From Octopus sinensis (taxonomy: Eukaryota): DNA of 64,000 bases. Below, in pieces: positions 26,021 through 39,206 of the stretch. The stretch is from contig NC_042998.1 of assembly GCF_006345805.1 (NCBI RefSeq), positions 57,846,001 through 57,910,000 on the forward strand, given 5' to 3'. Position 1 is the stretch's first letter. The number at the start of each line of letters is the position of its first letter. The position numbers and the translations under genes were made by a program. The notes beneath the pieces were generated by a model, which saw only the letters and a list, made by a program, of their open reading frames with translations, made no database searches and was not told the origin of the DNA.

Positions 26021-26062
<42 letters not shown>

Positions 26063-26285
26063 TATAATATACGCACATATATATAATGTGTGTGCACATA
26101 TATATATAAACATATATACATACGTACATATGAATATGTAAAGTATCTATCTTTTGTCTTTGTCTCAAGTTACTCTTGAGCATTTGTAAGTCCAAACCTC
26201 TACATTGTAAGAGAATTTCTAATCAATCTTGTTTCTCAAAATTATATTACATACGTACATATGCATATACATATATACATACATG

Positions 26286-26388
<103 letters not shown>

Positions 26389-26434
26389 GTGAATACACAC
26401 ACACACTTATATATACAGACATATATGTATGAAC

Positions 26435-26495
<61 letters not shown>

Positions 26496-27363
26496 CAAGT
26501 ATGAATACATTACACACATATGTTAAGGTTCTAAGAAGACTTCATTTCAAATTAAAGAATTATCGTTACGTGGCATAGTTCTCGGATAATCTTGGCAATC
26601 GGAATTAGCATTTCATTGCAATTTGCAATTTATAGATTTCTTTACGTGGTAAATCCGACATTAACACAACACCGTTATTTAGAGATTCTGCATACAATGC
26701 CGATTTGCAGTTATTCCGAATAGAGATGTACGAATGAGAGCTGAATAGTAATTAGAATGAGAGAATATACAATAGATTTATTATTGCCGATACTGCTCTG
26801 AAATCGCAATGAATGGATTTCTAATAAATACGACGTACATCAGTTGCTGCTTCAGAAGTGGCAGCAAGGGAAGCTTCCTGCAATGTTTCGGGATGAAAGA
26901 ACCCGCTTGTGTATCAGGGTACATGCAGGTTCGTTGCAGTCCTTGATAAGTATATCTGAATTTTTTTCTTCTTGTCGATCTAGTGCCGTAGGTTCCAGAT
27001 GCACATGACCCGTTCGTTATCAAGTTTCGTATTTGGTAACCGTGTAAACGTAATGTTTATAACCGTGTAAACCGTATAAATATGATGTATAATAGATATA
27101 GCAACTAACACCACTGTAATTTTAGTATCAGGACTTTGTAATGACTAGATAGTCGGAAATGATGTATCGACTATTTAACCTACACTTGGTTATATACATT
27201 ATTCTATATTGTTCTATATTATTTGAGGTTAGACATTGGTTTTATTGGGTTAAAATAAGATCTTCCGTTTCTGCGTTTAATGCAAAGCTACTAAGCCATT
27301 GTTATCTCCCATTCTTTCCTAACTTCCTTTCTTTGTACTCTTTCATTGTATTGGCCATGGAGC

Positions 27364-27597
27364 AGTGTGCTCTATTTTTCGTTGGAATTTCGTTTATATT
27401 TCTTTTTATTTTAGAAACTTTATTTATAGTTTTCTGGCTTCTTTTCTATGTTTTTCAGTTAATTTAATTTCTAGTTTATGTTGAAACTGTATTGTTAATA
27501 GAATTATTTCCATATTTAAATGTCTCATCTAATTTGTAGCACGGTATTCTTCTAAAATATGAGTCAGGTTTTTTCTTTAGCATTCCGTTTTAATTAG
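27364..27597 (+). repeat. Duplicate of 23801-24034, probably decayed non-LTR retrotransposon sequence
   Basis: Direct sequence match; the minus strand is A-rich and Lys-rich (KKKYKRNSNEK), like the pre-RT region of RLE-type LINEs. Confidence 0.8.
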
Positions 27598-28059
27598 AAT
27601 TTACTTGTCGAATCTTGCTACGTAATATTTGTCTTGGTCGAATTTAAGAAGGATTTGGAATAAGTTTTCTGAACGTCGGCCTGTATAGATGTTTCTAAGG
27701 CATCCAAACAGATAAGATAGTTTAAAGTTTATTTGTAGCTTCTATAACAATTGGCGGTTTTATTCAAAGAATTTGTTAACGGAGACAAAGCTAGGTAGAT
27801 TAGAAAGGATTATAAGTCTACCTCTAGGATTTCTTTTCTTATAAGACTAGGATTGGTTTTCGTTTCTCTCTGCCTTGATGCGATATAGTTGTTTTCTATT
27901 TCGACAGAAATGTACACATATACACGTTTATACACATAAATATATACATACATACACACACACACACTCATATATATATACATACATACATATATATTCA
28001 TATATATATGTGTGTTGTATATATCTAAGTATGTATGTGTGTGTTCAATTTTGACGTTG

Positions 28060-28613
28060 TGTAGTCAATACATCTTACTAGTATGGAAGCAGCTTTTTTT
28101 ATACGCCGTGTGATACATCGTGTGATATACTATCAAATATTTTTAGGTAACCAATCCTGGTCATCCTAAGCTGGTGTGTTTTTTTTTACTCTTGCATTCA
28201 TCTATAATAACCTGGTTCGTCTGTTTGTTTCTTAAAACATACATAAATTTTTGGGATCCTTTCTCTTCCTTTAGCAATACGGTATTGCTATCGAGCTGAG
28301 TAATCAGCTTGCCATAGAGTATGGACGTTGATGCTTTGAATGCTATGGGATAGACAGCGATTTTTTTTTATCGTTTCTGGATGCCTAATATTGGATCAAG
28401 GCATTCATGCTGTTTTCCTATCCAGCAGCCTTGGGATGATTATTCTTGCCTGCTTGTGACTTAACTCCAATGCAGCGTTATGTGACCGTGCATCTTAAGA
28501 TATTCTCTATCACGTCGGATGGAGAGTTTAGAGCTACCTTCTCCCACCATTCTGTTTTATGGTTTTCCTTGCCATTTTAAAATCGTCTTCATCTATGCGG
28601 AAATTCTCCAAAT
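28060..28613 (-). pseudogene. Decayed reverse-transcriptase fragment of an R4/Dong-like non-LTR retrotransposon
   Basis: Minus-strand translation with frameshifts: GKT, EEKG, ECKSKK...MTRIGYLKIFDSISH, matching the RT motif LSMAWIDYKKAFDSVPH. Confidence 0.7.
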
Positions 28614-29016
28614 ATGACCTTGCAGGTGAGGTCCAGTTAAAATTTTCTTCTGGTCGAGTAACCCATCCCGCTCAAAAGGTCCCTCAATAAGGGTTGTTTA
28701 AGGATGTTGAACGAAACACCCATGTTTCCAGATGTGAATCATTCAAACCCCAAAGAATCCCTCTCAACACATGGCTATGATGTTCCCCCACTACTTCTGC
28801 TCGTGATCAGAGATGCACATATCATCAGCCACTAAGGGACATAGTCAACTGGCTAAGGTCAAACAACTGACAAGCAAATCTGTGGTATTGCGCAGAATAT
28901 TTGCCGTAGCCCATCTTTTATACCAAGACAAAACAATGCACATGATAACACTTCCAATCAGTTAAGATCAGAAGCCACAGTTAAGATCGGAAGCCTGGTG
29001 CTGCATCAGGGCATTT
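28614..29016. mobile_element. Truncated copy of a ~550-bp non-coding interspersed repeat abutting (ATT)n
   Basis: Reverse complement of 56061-56445; ends GCATCAGGGCATTT(ATT)n. Confidence 0.85.
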
Positions 29017-29041
29017 ATTATTATTATTATCAGCATCCTCC

Positions 29042-29072
<31 letters not shown>

Positions 29073-31179
29073 TTATTCAATAACCCTATTTTCATTGTAT
29101 TCTTTCACTTCACTATCAAACGCTGGTTTGTGTGCTTTGGGAAGGTGAAGTGTTTTGTATCGGTAGTTGTATTTCCTGTATGCTATGCATATTTCTAACA
29201 CCTGGAGCTTATGCATTTCTCGGCATTTTTTAAAACAAAATTCTGAACGCATCTACTATTATTGAGATTATTTATCCTTTCCTCCCCCGTATTCAGCTTA
29301 CATTCATTTTCAGGTCTTTATGTAGGGGTTAATTTTTCGATTTCTCTTGGGGATGTAATCATTGTCTGTTGGTATTCGTACTCCTGTTAGGAGACATTTA
29401 CTGTTTCTCGTTGGCTACAGTATCCAGCCGATTTTTCCCACACTTTCTTCAACTAGAGACAATATAGTTAATATATTGCTTCCTATGTTTCGCATATATT
29501 TAGTTACTATCTGCTCTATTTCATTACATGTTTTTCGAGATTTTTATGGTATGAGTGAGGAGTTTAGAAGTTCGCTTCGTGAACAGGTAGTTTCGGGCTC
29601 AGACCTATTGCGTGTCATCTCAGGCAACTGTCTTTTATTATATTGTCAGCTCAACCAATGCCTTATGAGTGAAGGTGGTAGACAAAAAACGGTATAGAAT
29701 CCCATTGTATTAATGCATGAGTGCGTTTCTTTGTATTTCTGTTTGTTCCCATAAATTAGCGGCTCGGCACACGAAGCAATAGAATAAGTATCACTGAAAA
29801 TGAATACTATTGTCAATTTGTTCGACTAACCAAAATATGTTGATCATTTATAACCATTGTGCAATGACTGAAACAAGTGAAAGAGTAAGGCCTTGACCTT
29901 CTGCTACAATCAAATTTTCGCAGTAAAACAATTTGTCTTTGTTTATTTCCGTTCTGTTTATTTTCTTTGCCATTGGCCGTATAAGGAGATTGCTTGCCCA
30001 GTTTAGTGCATGGCATTATGTAACCAAGAGTACTTTTAAACTTTTTTTACAATTTCTATTATCGTTCTCCGTTCACTTTACAAATGCTCTTTTTTTTTTA
30101 TTTCATGGTGACTTTGAAGACAGCAAAGTTTTCTGCTTAATGTTTGTATCGTTAGATATCAATAAATATTTTATAACAGTTTTCTATCAGTATTACGTTT
30201 TTTATTTGTAAATATAAACTTACTGCACTGTTCTTATGTAGCGTCCGCAACTTATTACAAGGGCAGCTAGAATATTGATGTTAATTAAATCCTTCGCACA
30301 CACATTGCTATCGTTATATCTCTTTTCCCATCTTTCCCTTCCTTAGTTTGACGCCATTGTCTGCACTAATCTTGTATCTCATCTTTTCTTTAACTGAATC
30401 TTCTTTACCTCACTCGCAGCGACACACGTTCGTACCTCTATGGATTGGTGGTGTTAAATCTATTCGTTCCTTTGACTTATTTTCACCTCTTGTATGACAA
30501 TAAATTCAGTATCTACTTGTATTTATCTCTGTATTGAGAATAGACATTTTGTCTACTACCTCACACTAATCATATTAATTTCTCCTTCACTAAGAGTCCT
30601 ATTAGTAGGGTTTGATGTTGGTGTGACTTAGCTCACTATTGATAATAGTTTGAATTAAGCCCCAACGAAAACTACCCAGGTGAAAAATGAAACAACAGAT
30701 ATATTCGTACATTTTCCTTTGTTTTGCATTCGTCAATGACAACTTTGCTGGTCCCGATCAAACACATTGTATGGTTTGCATTTTCATAATAATGCAATTA
30801 GAGTTTAATACTCAGGAGAACTCAACTGAACGATTTCAATGAAAAGAGTTCAATTGCAAAACTTCAATTTTAACTCACCCTCCTCTCTAAATTCATCAGT
30901 TAAGGATTTGTTGATAAATAATTGATCACTTCAACCATATGAACATTTGCAGTATTTCTTCTCCTCTTCTGGAAACAGGTTTTTATAATTTTATATATAT
31001 TCTCAGTGATATTATTGCAATTGAGGCCATGTGGGTTCTAAAAGCCAAACTGAGAAAGCAAATGAGATGAAGAGAATGAAATATGCTTAGGTGGAGGAAT
31101 TAAGCTGGAACAATGGGTAGCGTTAACTAGACATAAGCTTGGGTTTGATCAACCACTGGCTATGTCGCCTCATTGACGG

Positions 31180-31510
31180 TGTTTGCTAACTGAAAGACTT
31201 GAAACCATCAATGATAAGAAGTGGGTGATATGTCCAGGTACACCACAGGTTGATGTACCGAAAAACTATATTATCTTGATAAATATATTATCCTCTGTTT
31301 AGACTGATAGCTCGATTAGAACGCTCTTTCCAACACGTCCTTGAAAAGAATATCTGGTCGATTAGCTGGATCTTCTTGTCGGCGTTGATCAACATATTCC
31401 AGAGTACGGTGGATTCGTCATTCGCAGAAACGGTTTCTGCTCTATGCCAAAGCCACACTTTTCTGTCGGTATTTCCTAATGCTGGCATAAGTTTCACTTC
31501 ATATCGTTAT
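31180..31510 (-). pseudogene. Decayed RLE-domain fragment of an R4/Dong-like element
   Basis: KVWLWHRAETVSANDESTVLWNMLINADKKIQ aligns by eye to KWYNHHPEAVTEGENVTILWDFPVHTDRTIK of the 63-kb copy. Confidence 0.7.
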
Positions 31511-31999
31511 CGTTACTAACAACGTTATTTTATTATATTGTTATAGCAAGCTTTCAGAGCACAATCGAGTGTTCGAATGTTTGGGTACATTCAGTACTTT
31601 ATTTTATGTACGGCTTTTTCCATTTCATGGAAAGTATTCTATATAATATTTATCTAGTGCTAAGAATGTACATTTTCGCTGTACTTTGGGTATATGTGTA
31701 AGATATTTAGATTTATTAAATCTTTCAACAACTTTTTATACAATTTTAAAGTATCTATTATTATACGTGTTGTTTATATTTTCGATTCTCCACTCTGGTT
31801 AAGTCTAATTTCAGATCTTTATATATGAACAGTTCGTTCCTTTCTGTGCTATATATATATTAGCGTGTTAAAAGTGATGCATCATTTGGGATGAATTTCA
31901 TTTGCTGGTGATATTTGAACAAAAATATCGAGATAGTTCACTTTGAATCCGTGCCCATGTACTTTAGCATATCGCAAAGCATACAACTATTTTGTAATA

Positions 32000-33150
32000 T
32001 TCTAAGATACATTGTGGTCTATGTTTGAAGTATCTCCTTTCTTTTGGGTATTCCCACATATTCTGCAGTTGTTGCTTGTACTTACCTTCATTGCGTTTTG
32101 GATAATTTCTCCTCGTGCAAAGTTACACTGGTCATAGCTTTGGGTTTTGTAAATTTTCTGGTTCTACTTGTTGATCCTGGAAAAAGCAGCAAAACCCAGA
32201 AACTTTGCAATCTCTCCAAGATCGGTATGCTTGTTGCCGTTGATGATCCATTTCAATTGTTGTAGGTCAACAGCTGCAAGGAAAATATGACCGTAAAATT
32301 TTTCCAGAGGACTGATATCCTGGGGTCGAAAGCCTGGAAGTAAAGATTAGAGCGAAGTCGAGGGGTTTTGGGTCTTCCAAGTGTTGCAAGATTTAGAGGG
32401 AAAAATGTATTGGGATTACCTGAGTGATAGAGGTATGAAAGAATCACGCTTCGATTAGCAGAGACCATTATAGCAGCGGTAGAAATTACAGAGAGAAGTC
32501 CGCACGCCCGTGGGCCGGAAACAAGATTGTGTGCATTATTGATTTAAGTTGCTATTCTCTGGACCTGGATCAAAATGTCTGCATTGTAGCAGCACCACTC
32601 CAGGTGTTCAAGTGTTACTTCATTGTGAACTTCACTTGAACCTTGTAAAATATTAGAAGGTATCGAGGAGAAATATTTTCTGGTCTTGAAAAGAAAGATC
32701 AGTGTTTTGAATGTGATTTAGCTATACCGACGATAAATTTTTGTCAGAGGTGGTCCTCGTATATTTAGATAATATTGATTTCTTTTCGTTATCCAATTTT
32801 GCTTTGCACAAACATTCCAGATAATGGCCATGCAGTTTATTGTCTTACAAACGTCTTATTATGAGATGCTGCAATCACATTTCCGTTACACCATCTTCCT
32901 TAAAGCTGTCCATTGCCGCAACTTTTGTCTTACATTTGATTCTTTTCACATTTTTCCTACTTTATAATATTTCTTTTGTTATTTCCAATGATATATATAT
33001 TTTGTACTACAGTAGATATAATAAATTTTCGTTCCAAATACATAATTCTCCTCTTTCAATCTACGATTGGTGTATTTTAAATGCAGTCATTGTTTTCTTA
33101 CATTTCTATCTTAGTTTCATAATTCACATAGCGTCCAACTGAGAATATAA
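32000..33150 (-). pseudogene. Decayed 3' portion of an R4/Dong-like element
   Basis: Minus strand: KLHGHYL..., FQDQ, H.VSG-like zinc-knuckle remnant and VLWKNF in the expected order; lies next to a (TAA)n tract. Confidence 0.55.
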
Positions 33151-33231
33151 TTAATACATATTGATATAACAACTTAAGCATCGATAGCTGTGACTTTATT
33201 GTTGACCTTTAACTCCGTTTGAAATATTTAT

Positions 33232-33232
33232 A

Positions 33233-33264
<32 letters not shown>

Positions 33265-33285
33265 TACTACTACTACTACTACTAC

Positions 33286-33322
<37 letters not shown>

Positions 33323-33404
33323 GACGACGACGACGATGATGATGATGATGATGACGATGACGATGACGATGACGATGATGATGATGATGATGATAATAAT
33401 AATA

Positions 33405-33442
<38 letters not shown>

Positions 33443-33445
33443 GTA
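33232..33445. repeat. Compound (TAC)n(TAA)n(GAC/GAT)n(TAA)n tract
   Basis: Read directly. Confidence 0.95.
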
Positions 33446-33446
33446 A

Positions 33447-33640
33447 TAGAGACAGCTAAGATTCTGAGGGTGGTGCTTAGGTGTTGAGTGTCTTGTACGA
33501 TAAGTTTACAGCCAAATATCAAAGCTTACAATTTGCGGGAAGAGACCCTGTGAACAGGTTGCTGTCTACTCTCAGAGAATCAACCAGAGCAAGTAAGACC
33601 GAGAGCCCTGACAAGTAAAACAAGAACAACAAGAACAATA
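33447..33640 (+). mobile_element. Extremely 5'-truncated RLE-LINE stub (ORF end plus 3' UTR)
   Basis: Directly after (TAA)n it reads ETAKILRVVLRC*, like the GTSHVLRRALSM* end of the 63-kb ORF. A short UTR and an (AAC/AAT)n tail follow. Confidence 0.55.
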
Positions 33641-34139
33641 ATAATAATAGCAACAACAACAGCGCAGCAGCATCAGTCACCATGTCGTGGCCGTCGCATT
33701 TTCTTTTCTTTGGTATTCATGCTCCACAATGCTTCGCTAAAGACAGCCTACACAGGAGTAACAAATGCAATGAAGCACGTACAAGCATAACGCAACTACA
33801 CATAAGTACTTCACAAGTACAAACACATCAAAATACACACATACACGCACGTACACACACACACACATACACAAACGAATGCAGTCTCATAGAAGCCATA
33901 AATAGGAAAAACTTGCAGACTATATTTTTTTATGCAAGAACAAAGACATTGTTTATGATAAAATATTTCTAAAACTTACATAGTATTATTCATTCACTAT
34001 TCATATAGTAGAGGGGCGCAATAGTATGTAATTTTAAGTGATAAATACGAGGTATATTTCAGAAGAATTGAACCTATGTTAGAAGGGTGAGTTACATCTG
34101 TCTTTGATAATTAAACAGTTATTATATCATTATTATGTG

Positions 34140-34436
34140 TGGAGACACATGTCATAGTGGTTAGAGAGGCGGACTAGCGGTCGAGGGATTGTGGGTTCGA
34201 ATCTCAGACCGGATGATGTATGTGTTTCTGAGCGAAACATCTAAACTCCACGCGGCTCCGGCAGAACGTAATGGCGAACTTCTGCTGACTCTTTCGCCAC
34301 AACGTTCTCTAACTCTTTCCTCTTGCAGCTCACCTGCGACGGACCGGCGTCCCGTCCATGTGGGGAACCTATACGCCAAGGAAACCGGGAAACCGACCCT
34401 TATGAGCCAGACAAGGCTCAAGAAGGAACAAACAAT
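34140..34436 (+). mobile_element. Full-length tRNA-derived SINE family C with V/Meta-SINE-like core
   Basis: A-box TAGTGGTTAG and B-box GGTTCGAATCTC. Core CTGCGACGGACCGGCGTCCCGTCC and tail GAAACCGGGAAACCGACCCTTATGAGCC. Confidence 0.8.
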
Positions 34437-34636
34437 ATCATTATTATACATCTAATAAGCTGAGCTGCAAATTTTTTATGCCAGATGGAAGGAGATAGCT
34501 ACAAGCAGCCTTTTAAACACATTCTACCAAACACTGCTTGTCACATTCGACTAATTAGTTGAATGCAGCCGATATGTGACGACAATTCGAGAGCTCGCTA
34601 TGCAATAAAGTTTTGTGTTAAACTGAGCAAAAACGA

Positions 34637-34750
34637 GGCGTGACCTTGTGGTAAGAAACTGACTTCTTAGCCATATGGTTTGGGGTTCAGTCCCACATCG
34701 AGGAACCTTGGGCAAGTGTCTTCTACTATAGTCTCCGGCCGACCAAAACC
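34637..34750 (+). mobile_element. SINE family A head fragment
   Basis: GGGTTCAGTCCCAC...CCTTGGGCAAGTGTCTTCTACTATAG. Confidence 0.8.
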
Positions 34751-35519
34751 GCATACATGCAATTCCATAGTATCTTAAGGAGTTTTTACTCCACCCTGGT
34801 TGCATATATATATATATTATATGTGTGCAACCAGGGTGGACTAAAAATTCTTGAAGATACTACGGAATTGCAATATTTTCACTAATTTCCCAATCACAAA
34901 ATGCGAAAGCGATAGACTATATAAATATTCTATCTTATAAAGTATATAAATTGTGTGTATTTTCGTTCTTTTCCTTATATATTCTTCCCTACAACTCACC
35001 ACATGGGGGAAAATCATTTTAACGAAATTCTTCACTATACATATATATATATATATATATATAATATATATATATATAATTGTATGTATGTATGTGTGCG
35101 CGTGTATTTTTGTGTCGGTATCTAATTCCCTCCATGGCTTGATAACCGCTGTTTGTTTGTCTACGACCCTCATAACTTAGAGGTTCGTCATAATAGAGAA
35201 AATAAGCAATGGGGTCGGCTCTTCAAGGTGGAGACCCAGCATGACCACAGTCTAATGGCTGAAGCAAGTAAAAGATAAACGTTAAATGTTTCAGACCACT
35301 TATGGCTTGACTTATATGAGCTGAGCATCTGTTTTACTCAGGTAGAAGAGGGTCAAAGACGGTAGAGTGGATGTGTGAAACCATGAAAGGTGTGGGGTGA
35401 GGGGCAGTCATCAGAACACCAAAGCTAGTTGGGAAAATTCAGTTTTTCTGGTTGAAAACCGTCGTCTTTTTATAAAGACAATAAGCGTATAATTTGGTGT
35501 TAGTGCTACAACTATACAG

Positions 35520-35845
35520 AATCATTCATGAAGATCTGAACATGGGCAAAATTTGTGCCAAGTTTATTTCCAGGATGCTCAGTGATGAACTGAAGGAATG
35601 ATGCGTCGGTGGCATCAGAGAGTATTTGAGTATCTGGTGGCCTGTGACGAAAGCTGGATCTACTGTTATGATTCAGAGACCAAATGAAAGAGTGCCCAAT
35701 GGAAGCATCCTTGCTCATTCAGGCCCAATAAAGGCAAGAACCTCATGAGGATCCCTTTTTCGACAGCAAGTGCATTCTTTATATCCATTTAGTTTCTTCT
35801 CGCTAGACGATCAAATAAGAATATATCGTGGACATTTTGAGGGAG
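35520..35845 (+). pseudogene. Mariner transposase fragment
   Basis: IIHEDLNMGKICAKFISRMLSDE...ACDESWIYCYDSETK*KSAQWKH...FFDSKCI, including the first catalytic Asp (GDESW motif). Confidence 0.88.
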
Positions 35846-36149
35846 CTATATCCGTGTTGTATCCGTGTCTAGTCTAGGTTAATCTGTTTTAAAAAGGAGG
35901 AACATAAGTGGAAATAAGTGGAGGGTGTCAGCCCAATTGGACGGCTCTTTTTCTAATATGAATGCAATGAAATTTTGTAATTCATTAAAATAGTGACCTA
36001 TGAATCATACTTAATCTAAATAAATCGTAGAAAGGTTATTTATTGTCCGAAATGGTTATGAGTGCACGCCATTTATAAGGTCGAAATGCAACAGATGTTT
36101 TGACAAGTCGCTGCAGCGACGAGTTTTGTTTCTCTTCCACATATTGGTT

Positions 36150-37400
36150 TTTGAGTACGGGATGTTAATTCTGTATGAATACCGTTAATTGCCTTTCAAC
36201 GGTGTACGATGCATATATAACTATTTTTCTTTAATGCTCCTTCTATTGCTTATAATAGGTTCATAGTTTTACCTTATCAGCTGAATTGTTTTATATACCT
36301 ACTAGTTATTGTTGGTACGCATTCATTGTTAATATTTCTAGAGCCCACTGGTAAAGACCTCTTTTTCAAAAGTTTCTGATAACCAGTTCACTCAATACAC
36401 TGTTCCTAATTTCTGTACTTTTAATATGGCGTTGTTGATCAGTGATAGATATTTGCACCATATGAGTTTTGCAACATCTTTTCAGTTTTTTCAGTAAGTT
36501 TATCTTCGCCAGTCGGTATTTACCCTTTGCAATATTGTAAATAAAGTTTTGTATCTACGGCAGGGTGATAGATACTTTCATGCGGCAGATACAAAAATTT
36601 ACTTAGGTGTCTGTAATTTTCTTGGTATTTATTGTTTCTTTAGCCGTGCGAGTTAAGGAGCGGGGAAGTTTCTCTGCGTAGAATTATTCAAGTGTCATAT
36701 CTGGCTCCAATATTTTCGCCAACAGTCAATGTGTTTCTGTTAAATACTTCAAAGGATTCGCTGCCTATCGCTTCCTGATGCTTTCCACTTGTTCATTCTC
36801 ATATTTAAAGAATCTTGTCTGTCAAGATTCCTTCACTCTCCACACTTTTTCAAGAATATTTTGTTTCTCTAGCCGTTGGCATAGCATTGATTTCTGTTTT
36901 GTTCTTATCGCTTTGGGTTGGTGTCAAAATTGTTTAGTTTGTTCAAAGAATCGTTCTCGCTTTACACAACGATTAAGTTATTTGCGCTCAAGTTGTAATC
37001 TCTTGATTTAGAAGTTTTCAAAATTTTGAAATGTTTATTCGATATATTTATTCTTACTTTGAATTTCAGTTATAGTTCTCTTTTCTTTATTATATGCATT
37101 ATATGTTGAGATACCATGTATTTTCGTTTGATGGTGGTACATATGGATATCTTTTATCGATTTCAATTAGTTAACTATTTTCATATCTAGATCATACTCA
37201 TATTCAAAATTTCTATCTTTAAAATGTTCTGTTAAATCTTTCCCACAATTTTATTCGTATCTTCGTTTCCGAACCCTTCATTCTACTTTCCTTTGTCAGT
37301 GTTTTACCAGCATAAACATGCGTCTTTATTGTATTGCTTTGTTATAATTTTATTTATTTTCCGTAAGAGACATCTTTTTCGTAATTTACATTACCAAAGG
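36150..37400 (-). pseudogene. Decayed pre-RT and RT region of an R4/Dong-like element
   Basis: Minus strand: KRERFFEQTKQF..PKA (pre-RT), PIT.LP.YK-like motif, KRCCK, SLINNAILK (QLLIN motif), HQWALEIL (PHSWI motif). Confidence 0.7.
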
Positions 37401-37896
37401 TCTAAATGTTTCATCCTTTTATTTCTGCTGTTTTCATCCACGTTTTTCTAGTAATGTATTATTATTTTTTTATTTCCCTATCGGAAATAGCTCTGGTTTT
37501 GAAAGTGTATATACGCAAATGAGCTAACCTCCTGAGAACAAAATTTACATCCATATAATATGGACGTTCCTTGTAGCAGTCTCACAGTCTCATTTCCCGT
37601 TTCCCATTACCTTTAACATAACTCATTTCTTCAATAACTGTTTCTGTTAACTGACGACTCATTCGCGCAGGGTTCAACTTTTAATTTAATTTGTTATATT
37701 TTTGATATCAGATACTCTTACATTGAATATGAGGCCGTGATGGTGAATTGTTACGGTTTATGTTTCGCATCAGAATTGTATTGATTTCGATCCCATTGCT
37801 TGTCCTTTCGAGCAATTGTCCTCAATCACAGGTTAGGACTGACCATTGTCTAATGAGTGAAATTTAGTAAATGAGGAGTCTTGTTGTAAATATACA

Positions 37897-37942
<46 letters not shown>

Positions 37943-37975
37943 ATATATATATATATATATATATCTATATCTATA

Positions 37976-38026
<51 letters not shown>

Positions 38027-38051
38027 TCTATATCTATATCTATCTATCTAC

Positions 38052-38100
<49 letters not shown>

Positions 38101-38690
38101 CATCTATATATATATATATAATATATATATATATATATTATATATATGTACAGAGAGAGAGAGAGAGAGACTGAGAGATAGAAAGGCAGAAATAGATACA
38201 CACATACAGAAACACATACATACATATATACATACATAATACATACATGCATTCGCACACACATACACACAGACGAGCCCATACACGCACCCTTCGATAG
38301 CATCTATCAGCGAAAGAAATAAAACACGTTTAGTTTATCAACGATGGTCCTTTACAAATTTCTACTGTACTACGATACACAGATGATTCAATGAAAGCGA
38401 AAACGTATCTTCTACCTGTTGAAAATACTATGAACCAGTAATCAGCCAACTAGAAACAAGAGTCTAATGTGTCGGCTATATAATATAATATGTGTGTGTG
38501 TATCCATATATATATGTATGTAGTAATGGTATATTCTGTTAAGAATGCAGTTGAGTATAGTATAAAGCCCGCCCGCCTCTAGTAGTAGTATTATGCATAC
38601 TTCCAAGTTTGCATTTGGGCATTTATCGTATGTGAATAAATAATTTTTAAAATTTGGAGTCAACAAGGAAGAGGATGTTTGTACTTTTGT

Positions 38691-38991
38691 TTTCTATCAC
38701 TACAATTGTTTCGATGCAACGTAGTTCTCTAGACGTGCAGGTACTTGATCATGCAACTATTTCCCTGCATTGTGACTGAACCACTGCCAACGGTCATGAT
38801 AAACGCAGTGACTACTACTAAATTCAGGCGACGGCAGACAGAGAGGATGTTCTTGACGCCGAGAATTTGAACTTGCAGAGACAATATTTACATATACATA
38901 CAATTAGATCTCATAATGGAAGGAAACGGTTGTATGATCAATTACCTGCACACCTGAAAAACTACGTTGCGTGGAAACAATTATAGAGACA

Positions 38992-38995
<4 letters not shown>
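38691..38995. repeat. Inverted pair of ~74-bp arms, each a degenerate hammerhead-bearing module
   Basis: 38691-38764 versus 38922-38995. Right arm: CAC-CTGAAAA-...-GAAA-CAATTA-TA. Left arm, minus strand: CTAGAGA-...-GAAA-CAATTG-TA-GTG. Confidence 0.75.
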
Positions 38996-39053
<58 letters not shown>

Positions 39054-39160
39054 TATATATAACTAATTGTTTTCTCCTTACGAGATCAATGATAGTGTGT
39101 CAGTTTAAAAGTATATACCTCGGACAAAGCCTAGTGCTGCCATCTGTAGCCAACGGTTAT

Positions 39161-39206
39161 CCTGTGCCGATGAGCAGAAATAATCCAGAAACCATTGGTC
39201 CGCAGG
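39161..39206 (+). ncRNA. Hammerhead motif, CCGAUGA core, decayed stem II
   Basis: CCTGTG-CCGATGA-GCAGAAATAATCCA-GAAA-CCATTGG-TC-CGCAGG. 6-bp stem I, CC/GG stem III, GUC site. Confidence 0.65.

Larger units (their letters stand above)
25071..26028. mobile_element. Nested inverted PLE pseudo-LTR-like array (AB-C-B'A'-D-C'B') between (TA)n tracts
   Basis: 25071-25214 is inverted at 25442-25585 (144 bp). 25170-25441 is inverted at 25762-26028. Contains two hammerhead copies. Confidence 0.88.

Noticed and set aside
28760-28835. CTGATGA/CTGACGA inside the TAA-associated 545-bp repeat
   Set aside because: It is followed by GAAG and folds as a simple hairpin, not an HHR three-way junction.
29340-30700. 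Possible further LINE debris on the minus strand
   Set aside because: The A-rich strand bias is suggestive, but no diagnostic RT or endonuclease motif could be read.
34140-34215. tRNA-like A/B boxes
   Set aside because: These are SINE heads continuing into repeat bodies, not functional tRNA genes.
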